DNA of 64,000 nucleotides from Malacoraja senta. Lineage: Eukaryota. Numbering within the stretch: position 1 is the stretch's first letter; the number at the start of each line of letters is the position of its first letter. The notes under the pieces were generated by a model that was not told the origin of the DNA, did not search any database, and worked only from the letters and a program-made list of their open reading frames with translations. A program made the translations under genes and the position numbers. The stretch is from NCBI GenBank assembly GCA_038087875.1, contig CM075977.1:40610001-40674000 (forward strand), given 5' to 3'. Positions 37,800-52,193 of this stretch are shown here, one piece after another.

Positions 37800-40700
37800 T
37801 GAAGAGAAAAAGATTAGTTAAAACAAATGTAGGTCCCTTGCAGTCAGAAACAGGTGAATTGATCATGGGGAAACAAGGACATGGCAGACCAATTGAATAA
37901 CTACTTTGGTTCTATCTTCACTAAGGAAGACATAAATAATCTGCCGGAAATAGCAGGGGACCGGGGGTCAAATGAGATGGAACTGAGTGAAATCCAGGTT
38001 AGCCGGAAGTGGTGTTAGGTAAATTGAATGGATTAAAGGCCGATAATCCCCAGGGCCAGATAGGCTTCATCCCAGAGTACTTAAGGAAGTAGCCCCAGAA
38101 ATAGTGAATGAAGGGTAAGGAAAAGAAGAGGAGGGCAATTGTAATAGGGGACTCTATAGTCAGGGGGTCGGATAGGTGTTTTCTGTGGACGCAGACAGGA
38201 GACCCGGATGGTAGTTGCCTCCCTGGTGCCAGGGTGGCAAATGTGTCTGAACGTGTCGAAGAAATCCTGAAATGGGAGGGAGAGGAGCCTGAGGTTGTGG
38301 TACATATAGGTACCAACGACATAGGTAAAAAAAGAGAAGAGGTCCTGAAAGAAGAATTTTAGGGAGTTAGGTAGAGAGTTAAGGAGAAGGACTGCAAAGG
38401 TAACCATCTCAGGATTACTGCCTGTGCCACGCGACAGTGAGAGTAGGAATGGAGTGAGGTGGAGGATAAATGAGTGCATGAGGGACTGGTGCAGTGGGTA
38501 TGGATTCAAGTTTCTGGATCATTGGGACATCTTTTGGGGAAGGTGCGACCTGTACAGAAAGGATGGGTTGCACTTGAACTCGAGGGGGACCAATATCCTG
38601 GCGGGTAGATTTGCAAAGGCTACTGGGGAGACTTTAAACTAGTATGGTTGGGGGGAGGGACTCCAATGGGAAAGCTAGCAGTCAGTGTGTGAGGCAGGAG
38701 GCAGAGAATGGAAGCACTCTGACCCAAAATGTAGGGGAGAGAGAAGAAAAAGACAATAAGCAGAGAATAAGAGAGGGTGGGTTTCTTAAATGTGTATATT
38801 TTAATGCTAGGAGCATTGTAAGAAAGGTGGATGAATTAAAGCCTGGATTGACACCTGGAAGTATGATGTTGTGGCGATCAGTGAAACATGGTTGCAGGAG
38901 GGCTGTGATTGGAAACTAAATATTCCAGGATTTCGTTGCTTCAGGTGTGATAGAATTGGAGGGCAAGAGGTGGAGGTGTTGCATTGCTTATCAGGGAAGA
39001 TATTACAGCAGTGCTTTGGCAGGATAGATTAGAGGCTCTTCTAGGGAGGCTATTTGGGTGGAACTGAGAAATGGGAAAGGGGTAGCAACACTCATAGGGG
39101 TGTATTATAGACCGCCAAATGGGGAGCGAGAATTGGAAGAGCAAATATGTAAGGAGATTGCAGATATTAGTAGTAAGCACAAGGTAGTGATTGTGGGAGA
39201 TTTTCAATTTTCCACACATAGACTGGGAAACACATTCTGTAAATGGGCTGGATGGGTTAGAGTTTGTAAAATGTGTGCAGGATAGTTTTTGCAGCAATAC
39301 ATAGAAGTACCTACTAGAGAAGGGGCGGTGCTGGACCTCCTGTTAAGAAATGAGACGGGTCAGGTGGCACAGGTATGCGTTGGGGAACAGTTCGGGACCA
39401 GTGATCACAATACCATTAGTTTCAATATAATTATGGAGAGGGTCAGAACTGGACCTAGGGTTGAGATTTTTGATTGGAGAAAGGCTAACTTTGAGGAGAT
39501 GCGAAAAGATTTAAAAGGAGTAAATTGGGACAGTTTGTTTTATGGGAAAGATGTGGAAGAGAAATGGAGGACATTTAAAGGTGAAATTTTAAGAGTACAG
39601 AATCTTTATGTCCCAGTTCGGTTTAAAGGAAATAGTAAAAATTGGAAAGAGCCATGGTTTTCAAGGGAAATTGGACACTTAGTTTGGAAAAAAGAGAGAG
39701 ATCTACAATAATTATAGGCAGCATGGAGTAAATGAGGTGCTTGAGGAGTATAAAAAATGTAAAAAGAGTCTTAGGAAAGAAATTAGAAAAGCTAAAAGAA
39801 GATATGAGGTTGCTTTGGGAAGTAAGGTGAAAGTAAATCCAAAGGGTTTCTACAGCTATATTAATAGCAAAAGGATAACGAGGGATAAAACTGGTCCATA
39901 TAGAGAGTCAGAGTGGACAGCTATCTGCAGAGCCAAAAGAGATGGGGGAGATATTGAACAATTCTTTTCTTCGGTATTCACCAAGGAGAAGGATATTGAA
40001 TTATGTGAGGTAAGGGAAACAACGTAGAGTAGCTATAGAAACTATGAGATTCAAAGAAGAGGAAGTACTGACACTTTTGAGAAATATAAAAGTGGATAAG
40101 TCTCTCCAGGTCCGGACAGGATATTCCCTAGGACATTGAGGGAAGTTAGTGTAGAAATAGCAGGGGCTATGACAGAAATATTTCAAATGTCATTAGAAAC
40201 GGCAATAGTGCCGGAGGATTGGCGTACTGCGCATGTTGTTCCATTGTTTAAAAAAGGGGTCTAAGAGTAAACCTAGCAATTATAGACCTGTTAGTTTGAC
40301 GTCAGTGGTGGGCAAATTAATGGAAAGGATACTTAGAGATAATATATATATAAGCATCTGGATAAACAGGGCTGATTAGGAACAGTCAACATGGATTTGT
40401 GCCTGGAAGGTCATGTTTGACTAATCTTCTTGCATTTTTTGAAGAGGTTACTCGGGAAATTGATGAGGGTAAAGCCGTGGATGTTGTATATATGGACTTC
40501 AGTAAGGCCTTTGACAAGGTTCCTCACGGAAGGTTGGTTAAGAAGGTTCAATGGTTGGGTATTAATGGTGGAGTAGCAAGATGGATTCAACAGTGGATGA
40601 ATGGGAGATGCCAGAGAGTAATGGTGGATGGTTGTTTGTCAGGTTGGAGGCCAGTGACTAGTGGGGTGCCACAGGGATCTGTGTTGGGTCCACTGTTGTT

Positions 40701-43160
40701 TGTCATGCACATCAATGATCTGGATGATGGTGTGGTAAATTGGATTAGTAAGTAAGCAGATGATACTAAGATAGGTGGGGGCTGTGGATAATGAAGTAGA
40801 TTTTCAAAGTCTACAGAGAGATTTATGCCGGTTGGAAGAGTGGGCTGAAAGATGGCAGATGGAGTTTAATGCTGATAAGTGTGAGGTGCTACATCTTGGC
40901 AGGACAAATCAATTATAGGAACGTACATGGTAAATGGTAGGGAATTGAAGAATGCAGGTGAACAGAGGGATCTTGGAATAACTGTGCACAGTTCCCTGAA
41001 AGTGGAATCTCATGTAGATAGGGTGGTAAAGAAAGCTTTTGGTGTGCTGGCTTTTAGAAATCAGAGCATTGAGTATAGAAGTTGGGATGTAATGTTAAAA
41101 TTGTACAAGGCATTGGTGAGGCCAATTCTGGAGTATGGTGTACAATTTTGGTCGCCTAATTATAGGAAGGATGTCAACAAAATAGAGAGAGTACAGAGAG
41201 ATTTACTAGAATTGTTGCCTGGGGTTTCAGCAACTAAGTTACAGAGAAAGGTTGAACAAGTTAGGGCTTTATTCTTTGGAGCGCAGAAGGTTAAGGGGGG
41301 ACTTGATAGAGGTCTTTAAAATGATGAGAGGGATAGACAGAGTTGACGTGGATAAGCTTTTCCCACTGAGAGTAGGGAAGATTCAAACAAGGGGACATGA
41401 CTTGAGAATTAAGGGACAGAAGTTTAGGGGTAACATGAGGGGGAACTTCTTTACTCGGAGAGTGGTGGCTGTGTGGAATGAGCTTCCAGTGAAGGTGGTG
41501 GAGGCAGGTTAGTTTTTATCATTTAAAAATAAATTGGATAGTTATATGGACGGGAAAGGAATGGAGGTTATGGTCTGAGCGCAGGTATATGGGACTAGGG
41601 GAGAATACGTGTTCGGCACGGACTAGAAGGGTCGAGATGGCCTGTTTCCGTGCTGTACATTGTTATATGGTTATATGGTTATTAGGGATAATTTTTCAAA
41701 ACTCTTTAGATTCTGGAGTAGTTCCTGAGGATTGGAGGGTAGCTAATGTAACCCCACTTTTTAAAAAGGGAGGGAGAGAGAAAACGGGGAATTACAGACC
41801 AGTTAGTCTAACATCGGTAGTGGGGAAACTGCTAGAGTCAGTTATTAAAGATGGAATAGCAGCACATTTGGAAAGTGGTGAATTCATTGGACAAAGTCAG
41901 CATGGATTTATGAAAGGTAAATCATGTCTGACGAATCTTCTAGAATTTTTCGAGGATGTAACTAGTAGAGTGGATAAGGAGAACCAGTGGATGTGTTATA
42001 TCTGGACTTTCAGAAGGCTTTCGACAAGGTCCCACATAAGAGATTAGTATGCAAACTTAAAGCACACGGTATTGGGGGTTCAGTATTAATGTGGATAGAG
42101 AACTGGCTGGCAGACAGGAAGCAAAGAGTAGGAGTAAACGGGTCCTTTTCAGAATGGCAGGCAGTGACTAGTGGGGTACCGCAAGGCTCTGCTTATATAT
42201 AACGATTTGGACAAGGGAATTGAATGCAACATCTCCAAGTTTGTGGATGACACGAAGTTGGGGGGCAGTGTTAGCTGTGAGGAGGATGCTAGGAGGCTGC
42301 AAGGTGACTTGGATAGGTTGGGTGAGTGGGCAAATGCATGGCAGATGCAGTATAATGTGGAATAAATGTGAGGTTATCCACTTTGGTGGCAAAAACAGGA
42401 AAGTAGACTATTATCTGAATGGTGGCCGATTAGGAAAAGGGGAGATGCAACGAGACCTGGGTGTCATGGTACACCAGTCATTGAAAGTAGGCATGCAGGT
42501 GCAGCAGGCAGTGAAGAAAAGCGAATGTTATGTTAGCATTCATAGCAAAAGGATTTGAGTATAGGAGCAGGGAGGTTCTACTGCAGTTGTACAGGGTCTT
42601 GGTGAGACCACACCTGGAGTATTGCGTACAGTTTTGGTCTCCTAATCTGAGGAAAGACATTCTTGCCATAGAGGGAGTACAGAGAAGGTTCACCAGACTG
42701 ATTCTTGGGATGTCAGGACTTTCATATGAAAAAAGACTGGATAGGACTCGGCTTGTACTCGCTAGAATTTAGAGATTGAGGGGGGATCTTATAGAAACTC
42801 ACAAAATTCTTAAGGGGTTGGACAGGCTAGATGCAGGAAGATTGTTCCCAATGTTGGGGAAGTCCAGAACAAGGGGTCACAGTTTAAGGATAAGGGGGAA
42901 ATCTTTTAGGACCGAGATGAGGAAAACATTTTTCACACAGAGTGGTGAATCTGTGGAATTCTCTGCCACAGAAGGTAGTTGAGGCCAGTTCATTGGCTAT
43001 ATTTAAGAGGGAGTTAGATGTGGCCCTTGTGGCTAAGGGGATCAGGGGGTATGGAGAGAAGGCAGGTACGGGATACTGAGTTGGATGATCAGCCATGATC
43101 ATATTGAATGGCCTCGAAGGGCCGAATGGCCTACTCCTGCACCTATTTTCTATGTTTATA
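37800..43160 (+). mobile_element. Nested degraded CR1 copies (inner copy ~38096-41680 with (GGTTATAT)n tail)
   Basis: ORF1 esterase piece 38108-38642, APE/RT pieces to 41512; the outer CR1 resumes at ~41681. Confidence 0.88.
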
Positions 43161-44524
43161 TGAAGCTAGCTAAAAGTGGAGGGAGAGTGAGGCAGCGTCA
43201 ATTACGAGGGCTGAGCCTACGTAATGGACGCTCGCTCTCCCTCCACTGGGCTCAAGACACGCCCCCTTGTGAGGCAGATGTGATCGCTGCCTCCCCTGGA
43301 GCTTTTTCAATGCAGTTTTATGTGAGACCAGCGAGAACAAATTTAATATCTTTATATGTGAAATACGTTACCTGGACTATGGAAGGTAAGGACATGTAAT
43401 GAAGGGGTTTACACACATTACATTGTTGACATGCATAGAGATAGTAACAGGCACACGCTTATTGCCCGCGCTCCATGCAGTTTCTGAGGGGTTGCGCAAT
43501 CAGATGGGAGGCTCAGCTTGTCGCTGCCTCACCTCTCATCTCTCCCTGTATTTGCAGCGGAGCTGCGCAAATTTGCCGATTTTGACTAACAAAAAATGAC
43601 TAGATTCATATAGAAATTACATTTATAACAGATCAGTGGAAAAATCTTTATATTTATTTTATTTTATTATTATTTTTTCTTGACTTTTCTTAACAGCTAT
43701 TTTCATTGGGAGTATGACAGGTGAGGCTGTGCCTCCCCTGACCGCACGTCCCTAGATAGCAGCAGGTCCTTCAGCCCAACTTGTTCCTGCTGACCAAGTT
43801 GCCTCCTGAGATAAATCCATTTGCCTGCAACTGGCCCATAGCCCTCCAAATCTTGTCTATCCATGTACCTGTCAAGTGTCTTTAAATGTCAGAATTTTAC
43901 TTATTTCTATCACATCCTTTGGAAGCTCATTCCATGTACGCACCACCTTCAGTGTGAAATAATTGTCACACAAGTCCCTTTTCAATCTTTCCTCTCTTAC
44001 TTTGAACATGCCTTCAGGTTTTAGACTCTAGGGAAAGACTGAGGCTATTCACCTTATCTATGACCCTCATGATTTTATACACCTCAGTAAAGTCACCTCT
44101 CAACCTATCCAACGTTTCCTTATAATTCAGACCTGGTAACACCTTTATAAATCTTTTTTGCACCTTTTCAGTTGAGTAACATATTTTCTATAGCAAGGCA
44201 ACCAGATGTGTACAATCACTCCTTTGAGAAACAATGTTTTTTTCTCATGTCACTCTTGCTTCTTTAACTGATCATCTTAATTCTGTGTCCCCTAGTTCTT
44301 GACATTCCAAAAAAAATAATACTCCAGCTTCTCCAATCTAAACACATAAGGATACTCCTCCCTGCAGTTCATAAATTTCTTCTGCACCATTTCCAAAGTA
44401 TTTACGTATCTCCAAAACTGGCTTGAAGAGATGAATGGCCTATTCCTGATAGTATTTTCTATGCTATTTTGAATTGCTCCTGCAAAGTGGAGGTGAAGTT
44501 CACAGATATATAAAGAGGAATATA

Positions 44525-44692
44525 TATTAGGGATTGGTAGAAATCCCTAATAAAATAAATAAATGGAAGCAAAAATTATCTATTTATTTCAGTGCCACTT
44601 TCATGTACGTTTGTACATGAAAGTGGCACTGAAATAAATAGATAATTTTTGCTTCCATTTATTTATTTTCTTATTTCTACCAATCCCTAATA
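44525..44692. repeat. 168-bp near-perfect palindrome with a 4-nt loop
   Basis: Left arm ends ...CACTTTCATGTAC (44608), loop GTTT, right arm starts GTACATGAAAGTG... (44613); one small internal discrepancy. Confidence 0.92.
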
Positions 44693-44704
44693 CACCTCAT
44701 TAGT

Positions 44705-46110
44705 CATAGAAACATAAAAAATAGGTGCAGGAGTAGGCCATTCGGTCCTTTCGAGCCAGCATGATCAATATGATCATGGGTGATCATCCAGAATCAGTAC
44801 CCTGTTCCTGCTTTCCCCCCCATATCCCTTGATTCCATTAGCCTTAAGAGCTATATATAACTCTCTCTTGAATACATCTAGTGGATTGACCTCCACTGCC
44901 TTCTGTGGCAGAGAATTCCACAGATTCACAACTCTCTGGATGAAACCGTTTTTCCTCATCTCATTCCTAAATGGCCTACCCCTTATTCTTAAACTGTGAC
45001 CCCTGGTTCTGGACTCACCCAACATCGGGAACATTTTTCCTGCATCTAGCCTGTCCAATCTCTTAAGAATTTTATATGTTGCTATAAGATACCCTCTCAT
45101 CCTTCTAAATTCCAGTGAATATAAGCCCAGTCGATCCATTGGTTCATCATATGTCAGTCCCGCCATCCCAGGAATTAACCTGGTGAACCTATGCTGCATT
45201 CCCACATTAGCAAGAATATCCTTCTGCAAATTAGGAGACCAAACTGAACACAATACTCCAGGTGCGGTCTCACCAGTGCCCTGCACAACTGCAGTCGGAT
45301 CTCCTTGCTCCTATACTCGCGCTATGACATAGTCATATAACTAAGCCATAGCTTATCGATGTAATATATATCCACATTGAATACCAAAAGGTCACTGATC
45401 TCGTGAATTTGAAATAAAACAGAAAATGCCAGAAACAGCTTAACATCTTTCCGATAACAGGGTGACCAAAACTGCACACAATACTCCATATGTGGCTTCA
45501 CCAAAGTCTTGTAGTACTGCAAGATATCCTCCTACTTCTACACTCCATACGAATGATGGTCAATGTGCTGAAAGCCTTCTTGATCACCCTATCTACCTCT
45601 GATATCAATTCAAGGAACTCTGTATCTGCACTCCTAAATCCCTCTGCTCTACAACACTCCCCTGTGCTCGTCTATTCAGTGTAGGTCCTGCCCTGGTTAG
45701 ACATCTCAAAATGCAACACCTCGCATTTAACTGTATTAAACTCCGTTAATGTTTCCTGCCCAACCGATTAAGATCCTGCTGCAATTTTTGACAACCATTT
45801 TCGCTATCTACAATACCACGCACGTTATTGTCATCTGCAAACTTTCTAATCATGCCATGTACATTCTGATCCAATCATTGATATAGATGCCAAACAGCAA
45901 TAGACCCAGCACCGAAGGCTGAGGCACACCACTAGTCACAGGCCTCCTTTCCGAAAAACAACCTTCAACTATTACCCTCTGCTTCCTTCCATAAAGCCAA
46001 TTTTCTATCCAGTCGGCCAGCTCTCCTTGGATCCCAAGCGATCTAACCTTCCAGAACAGCCTACTAGGGAACCTTATCAAATGCCTTGCTGAAATCCATA
46101 CAATGATGAT
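44705..46110 (-). mobile_element. CR1 fragments (two, differing in decay)
   Basis: ORFs 44774-45286, 45322-45522 and 45850-46080 with CR1 RT C-terminal motifs. Confidence 0.8.
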
Positions 46111-46469
46111 GATGATGATGATGGATTGGATTTATATAGCGCCTTTCTAATACCCAAGGCGCTTTACAGCTCATCAACATTTTGGCTACATCTTCAACAA
46201 ACAGATTTGTGAGACAAGAGGTACAAGAGAATGCAAATGCTGGAATCTTGAGCAGAAAACATAGTGTTGTAGGAAATTAGTGGGTTATTTAGTCCAGTTG
46301 TCGGTTTTTCGGTGACCTACTATGACAGTCGCCGGCAGTCGCCTAAAACATAATCTAGTGGGACAGGCCCTTTAGGCGGCATCTGTGAAGTGAAATGGAC
46401 ACCTGACATTTCACATCAGCATCAGAAGAAAGGTCCCACCCAAAAAAGTGGTCTGACCAATTTTCAGAC

Positions 46470-47115
46470 CTCCTGGCTGCATGCTATTTCAATTCCCCTT
46501 CCCAATCCCACATAGTCCTGCCAGTCCTTGGCCTTCTGCATTGCTAGCATGAGGTTGAATGCAAACTGTAAAGACAGCACCTCATGTCCTGCCTGGGTAG
46601 TCTACAGCCAATGGTATGAAAATTGAATTCAAGTAACCCTCACGCCCTGTGCCCCTTTCTCCTTCTGCCCCCCCCCCATGCCCCCTCCAACCCCCATTAT
46701 CCAGTTTCATTCCTCTGCTCCACTTGGTTCTATTTTCCTAACACTCATCCATTACAACTTTTTATTTACCTACTGTATCTCCCTCCCCAATTTGTTCCAC
46801 CTCCTTCCTTTATCCGGTTCCACTTCTCACCTTTCTTTATCAGATTCCAGCATCTGAAACCTCTTGTTTCTGCTCTTCCTTCCACTTCTGTCTTTACCTC
46901 TACCCACCTTGACCCCCTGGCCTATCTGTCTCCTTTTTTCTCTCTTCATCTTTCTTCATCTGTCTCCATCCATTAGTTATCGTCTCTGCTCCACACTTCC
47001 CATAATCCACTTGGCTCTATCCACCCATCATTTGCATCTAGTTCCACCTGTTTCCTGCTAGCTTTTGTTCCTCCTGACTCTCACCTATTTCCATCTGCCC
47101 TCTATACTCCTGAAG
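46470..47115 (+). mobile_element. Penelope-like element 3' remnant (GIY-YIG C-terminal end plus pyrimidine-rich UTR)
   Basis: Translates with stops as YFNSPSQSH..VLGLLHC..CKL..QHL..LGSLQP, typical of the Penelope endonuclease tail; ends at CTGAAGA. Confidence 0.7.
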
Positions 47116-47188
47116 AGAAGAAAGGTGAAGAATGTCCAGATAGAAGCGGAGAAGATTATGAGAGGCATAGATAGGCTAGAGAGTGTAA

Positions 47189-47528
47189 AGCCCCTGTCCC
47201 ACTTTCCCGAGTTACTCACGAATTCTCCCGAGTTTTCCCCTTGATTCAAACTCGGAGAATTACGGTAATAGCCAGCCGTAGGTACTCGGGGCTATTTTCT
47301 TTACTCGTGGACATTTTTCAACATGCTGAAAAAACGTCCCGACTTACCTGATGCCCCGAGTACCTACGGCTGGCATTACGAGCTGCTACGAAATATCTAC
47401 GGATGTCTACGGCCTCCTACGGACTCGCTACTGACTCCTACGGACTCGCTACGGACATTCTCCGAGTTTGAAGCAAGGAGAAAACTCGGGAGAATTCGTG
47501 AGCAACTCGGGAAAGTGGGACAGGCCCT
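47189..47528. mobile_element. PIF/Harbinger-type MITE
   Basis: Long TIRs (CCTGTCCCACTTTCCCGAGTT.. / ..AACTCGGGAAAGTGGGACAGG); TAA at 47186-47188 and 47529-47531. Confidence 0.85.
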
Positions 47529-48504
47529 TAAATTTTTTTTCCCCATGGTAGGGTTATCAAAAGCAAGAGTGCATTGGTTTAAGATGATAGGAAGGAGTGA
47601 TTGATTACTGGAATGTGCTGCCAGTGGCGGTGGTGGAAACAGATACAATTACTATTTAAGAGATATTTAGACAGATACTCAAGTCAACAAAGCATAGAAG
47701 GATAACGTCCTAATGTGGGCAAATGGGATTAGCGACAGTGGGCAGATAGGTCGACATGGACAAGGTGGGGTACAGGGGCCGTTCTGCACACTAAATCTGT
47801 CTCCCATGAGGGACTATGTAAAAAAAAAAGTCCATTTAGATCATATCAACTGTGCTGCCTTCATCATGGAAAATTATGAGAGGCATAATTAGGATAGACA
47901 GTCAGAATCTTTTTACCAGTGTGGAAATGTCCAACACTAGAGGACTTAGCTATACGGTGAGGGGGGGGGGGGATTTAATGGGGTGGTGGGTAAAATTAGT
48001 TACACAGAGGGTGGTGGGGGCGTTTAAGAGGCGTTTATATTGGCACATGGAAGTGCAGGGAACAGAGGGATATGGATCATGTACAAGCAGATAAGATCAA
48101 TTTAACTGGGCATCATATTTGACACAAACATTGTGGGCCAAAGGGGCCGTTTCTGTGTTGCACTGTTCTGTGTTCTTTGTAACACATTATGCCATCTATT
48201 TGAAAAATTCTATCAAAATGGTCAGACAGGATCATTTCCTAACAAAACCATGCTGTTTATCTTTGAAGTGTTGATTAATCCAGTTTCAAGACATGTGTAA
48301 CCCTGTCCAGCATGTAGATGTCCCAATGATCCAAATATCTAAAGCTCTCCCTCCTATGCCATTTCTTTAGCCACACATTCTTTTGAACTATCCTATTCCT
48401 ATACCCACTAGAATGTGAACCAGAAGTAATGCAGAGATTATACCTTTATAGGTCCCCCTCATTGATCCATCTCATAACTCTCTAAATGTGGAAGGAACTA
48501 CAGA

Positions 48505-48710
48505 TGCTGATTTACACCAAAGATAGACACAAAATGCTGGAGTAACTAGGCGGGACAGGTAGCATCTCTGGAGAGAAGGAATGGGTGACATTTCGGGTCG
48601 AGACCCTTCTTCAGAGCGTCTGAAGAAGTGTCTTAACCCGATACATCACCCATTCTCTCCAGAGATGCTGCCTGTCCCCTGAATTACTCCAGCATTTTGT
48701 GTCTATCTTC
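48505..48710. repeat. Inverted dimer of the hammerhead-like Penelope-derived repeat
   Basis: Minus-strand CTGAAGA-A-GGGTCTCGACCC-GAAAT-GTC at 48587-48614; degenerate plus-strand copy follows. Confidence 0.6.
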
Positions 48711-49248
48711 CTAACTCTCTGATTTAGTGTTCCATGAACTCCTATCACTTTTTGCTTGTGTTGTTTATATCCATGTGAACCATTACTGTAGTTTACCATC
48801 TCCTTAAAAAATGCCCACAGCTGCACCAGGTTGGCAACCTACAATCTGAATATCTTGTTTGTGGTCACAGAAACTTCTGTCTCCTTCCCTTACAATTAAA
48901 TCTCATCACTAGCTCTCCTAACCTCTCCGAATGTTTACAGGAAACTACCTTCAGTGCTGTAGCTCCACCCAGTGGTCATCAACTACTTGCTTTGCCTTTG
49001 AGCTAATCAGCTTGCATTACCCACAATATCCTGTAAGTTCCAATATGAATTCCATCTGCATTTCCCTGATTTCCCATATAGCACAGGTGAGGTATATAAT
49101 GGAGCTGAATTATCCTGCCATCGATTACCTTTGAATTGTCTAGGTACTCTAAATTAGAGGCTGTAACTAATTATACTGGATAGTTTATTCCATTCAAGAT
49201 ATACTCTACTACAATTTGATGTCCCGGCTTTCCCTACTTTTATTTAGA

Positions 49249-52161
49249 ACTAGACCAAGAGTGACCCGTGGGGCCCCATCCCCCAATGCGGTGGGGGGGG
49301 GGGGGGGGGGATTACGCTGCCGCACATGCGAGGACTGGTTCCCAAACGAAATATTACACCACTCACCCATAGCAAGAAACTGCGCAGGCACGGCTGACGG
49401 GTTCCCGTTGTGACATAACCCCTCCCACACACACTAACCCCACCCCGCACACGCGAACCCCCCGCCCACACACTAACCCCCTCCACACACTAACCCCCCC
49501 CCCCCCACACACAAACCCCATATCTGTCTTTCTGTCTCTCTCTCTCTCTGTCTATATGTCTCTCTGTCACCTCTCCCTCCCTCCTTTTCCCTACCCTCAG
49601 TCACTCCCTCCCTCACCTCTCCCCTTTCACATCCCCCCACTAAACACTATGTTTAAATAACATTTCTTCTCCTCCCTCCCCCACTACGTCCCTCTCCTTA
49701 CAACAATGTGAGAAAACTCTCATAGCTTGTTGATTGGCAGCTGAGATCCCATTGTGATGTCATTGTCGGATGGCGGAATGTTCACGGCAGCGTACGTAAA
49801 TGAGATCCCATTGTGATTGGAGGACTGTGAGATGCCATTGTGACATCATCGCTGGAAGCTGCCAGAAAACTCTCACTGCAGAGTCACAGTTATTCTTCTC
49901 AAAGTGGGCTTTTTAAAAACATTTAAATATCAATAACGTGAAATATTACATCAAATCTGAAGGGCACTTGACAAGAACGACCATGGGACAAAGAGGCGTA
50001 AGGTGGTGCAAACATTTTGGCGCTACCATGTACTGTTTTGGTGTAGATACCATCTCAATCTCACACACACACGTATACTAGACTAAGTGGAACCCATTGG
50101 GTCCCAGTCACACACACGAACCCCCCCCGCCCACACACTAACCCGGCACACACGAACCCCGCTCCACACACTAAACCTGGAGGCCTGGTCCCCTAACGCA
50201 ACCCGTTCCCCAACGCAATATTCTGCCACTCACCCATTTCCCCAATGCAACCCGTTCCCCCAACGCAATATTCCACCACTCACCCATAGCCTCTAACTGG
50301 GCAGAGCAGGTTCATTTCCCCTCATCCCCCAGCACACCCTCCCCCTCCTCTTCATCCTCCCTCCCTCACCTCTTCTTTCCCCGCTCCTCCTCCACCAATC
50401 CCTCCCTCACCTCTCCTTTTCCTTTCCCCTACTCTCAGCCACTCCCTCCCTCCCTGCATAACTCATCTCCCCTCCCTACCCCCTCCTATCTCTCTATCCC
50501 TCACCTTCCCCACTCCTTACCTCCTCTTATCCCTTCCACTTTTCCTCCTGACCTCCCTCACTGGCCTCCTCGCCCTCTATTCCCCACTCCCTACCTCCCC
50601 CACTTCCCCCTCCTCTTCCTCTATCCCCCCTCCTCCCCCACTCTCCCTCCTCACCTCCCCCACTTTCCCCCTCTCCCTCCTCTCCCTCAATCCCCCACTC
50701 TCCCTCCTCACCTCCCCAGGATCTCGAGGTTGCAGCAGTCGGCCTCAGAGTCGGCCTAGGAGACTCCCTCCTCACCTCCCCAGGATCTCAAGGTTGCCGG
50801 AGTCAGCCTCGGCATCGGCCAGGCTCTGCTCACTCCGCTCCTTCAGCTTTATTCTCCATGCCGGTGAGTGACAGAGGACCCGGCCATTCAGTGCTGCACT
50901 GTTGCGCCGGAAAGGGCGTCGCTGTTCCAGCCTGGGAGTTGCCGCCCTGGACTGGGCGTCGCCGTCCTGGTCTGGGTGCCGCTGTCCCGGGTGACTGACA
51001 GGAGAGGGGACCAATCTGTGTGGTGGTGACTGGCAGGAGAGGAGACCAATCTGCACATGCGTGGTTTTAACGATTTTTTAACGTTAATAACTTTCAAACT
51101 ATATCATCGATTGGAACAAAACTTGTTGCACTTGAGCACAGGAGAATGGCGAGTAAGGTGGCGAAAAATCGTAGCACTATCATGTACCATTTTTGAGCAA
51201 ATAGAAAAATCACGCAAACCAGAAGACCATAAGATCAGAGTTAGTTATATACTAGACCAAGTGCTCCCCCAACGCTCCGTCCCCTACCCGTAGCTGTCAC
51301 GGGAGGCCGTGGGGGGGTGGGGCAGAGAGGGAGCAGGAGGGGGGCAGAGAGGGAGCAGGAGGGGGGCAGAGAGGGAGCAGGAGGGGGGCAGAGAGGGAGC
51401 AGGAGGGGGGCAGAGAGGGAGCAGGAGGGGGGGCAGAGAGGGAGGGGGTGGAGTTTGAGTGGGGGCACATCATCACAGGGGAGGGCTGGTTCCCGAACGC
51501 AATACTCCCTCGCTCCAGGCTAGGGAGGTGGGAGAGAGAGGGGGGTGGGGGGGAGAAGGGTGGGGGAGAGGNNNNNNNNNNNNNNNNNNNNNNNNNNNNN
51601 NNNNNNNNNNNNNNNNNNNNNNNNNNNNNNNNNNNNNNNNNNNNNNNNNNNNNNNNNNNNNNNNNNNNNNNNNNNNNNNNNNNNNNNNNNNNNNNNNNNN
51701 NNNNNNNNNNNNNNNGGGGGAGAGGAGGAGGGGGGAGAGGAGGAGGGGGGAGAGGAGGAGGGGGGAGAGGAGGAGGGGGGAGAGGAGGAGGGGGGAGAGG
51801 AGGAGGGGGGAGAGGAGGAGGGGGGAGAGGAGGAGTGGGGAGAGCAGCGGGGGAGAGGAGGGGGAGAGAGGAAGAGGGGGAGAGGAGAAGGGAGGAGAGG
51901 GACCCGACCCGAGACGGACCCGACCCGAGACGGACCCGAGAGCTCGTAGCGCGTGAAACACAGCGCGCAGACCCATTGTAACGTCATCAGCGAAAGACGT
52001 CGGATTTTTATCAACGTTTTTTTTTTCAGATTTGTGATCTTTTTCGAGAAATAAAGCATGAAGTTTTCAGATAAGGCGGTTTCGGACGCAGCGGGATAAA
52101 TCTCTGCCGGAATATGTAAACATTTTTACTGTTAGCGCGTTGTTTTTTCAAGAAAATGTGA

Positions 52162-52193
<32 letters not shown>

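Noticed and set aside
51316-51445. ~21-bp direct repeats that might suggest a CRISPR-like array
   Set aside because: Contiguous tandem purine-rich units without unique spacers; eukaryotic minisatellite.
51448-52059. ORFs with RGGGG/EEEGG/SSPP repeats
   Set aside because: Translations of a 12-bp purine tandem repeat that span an N gap.
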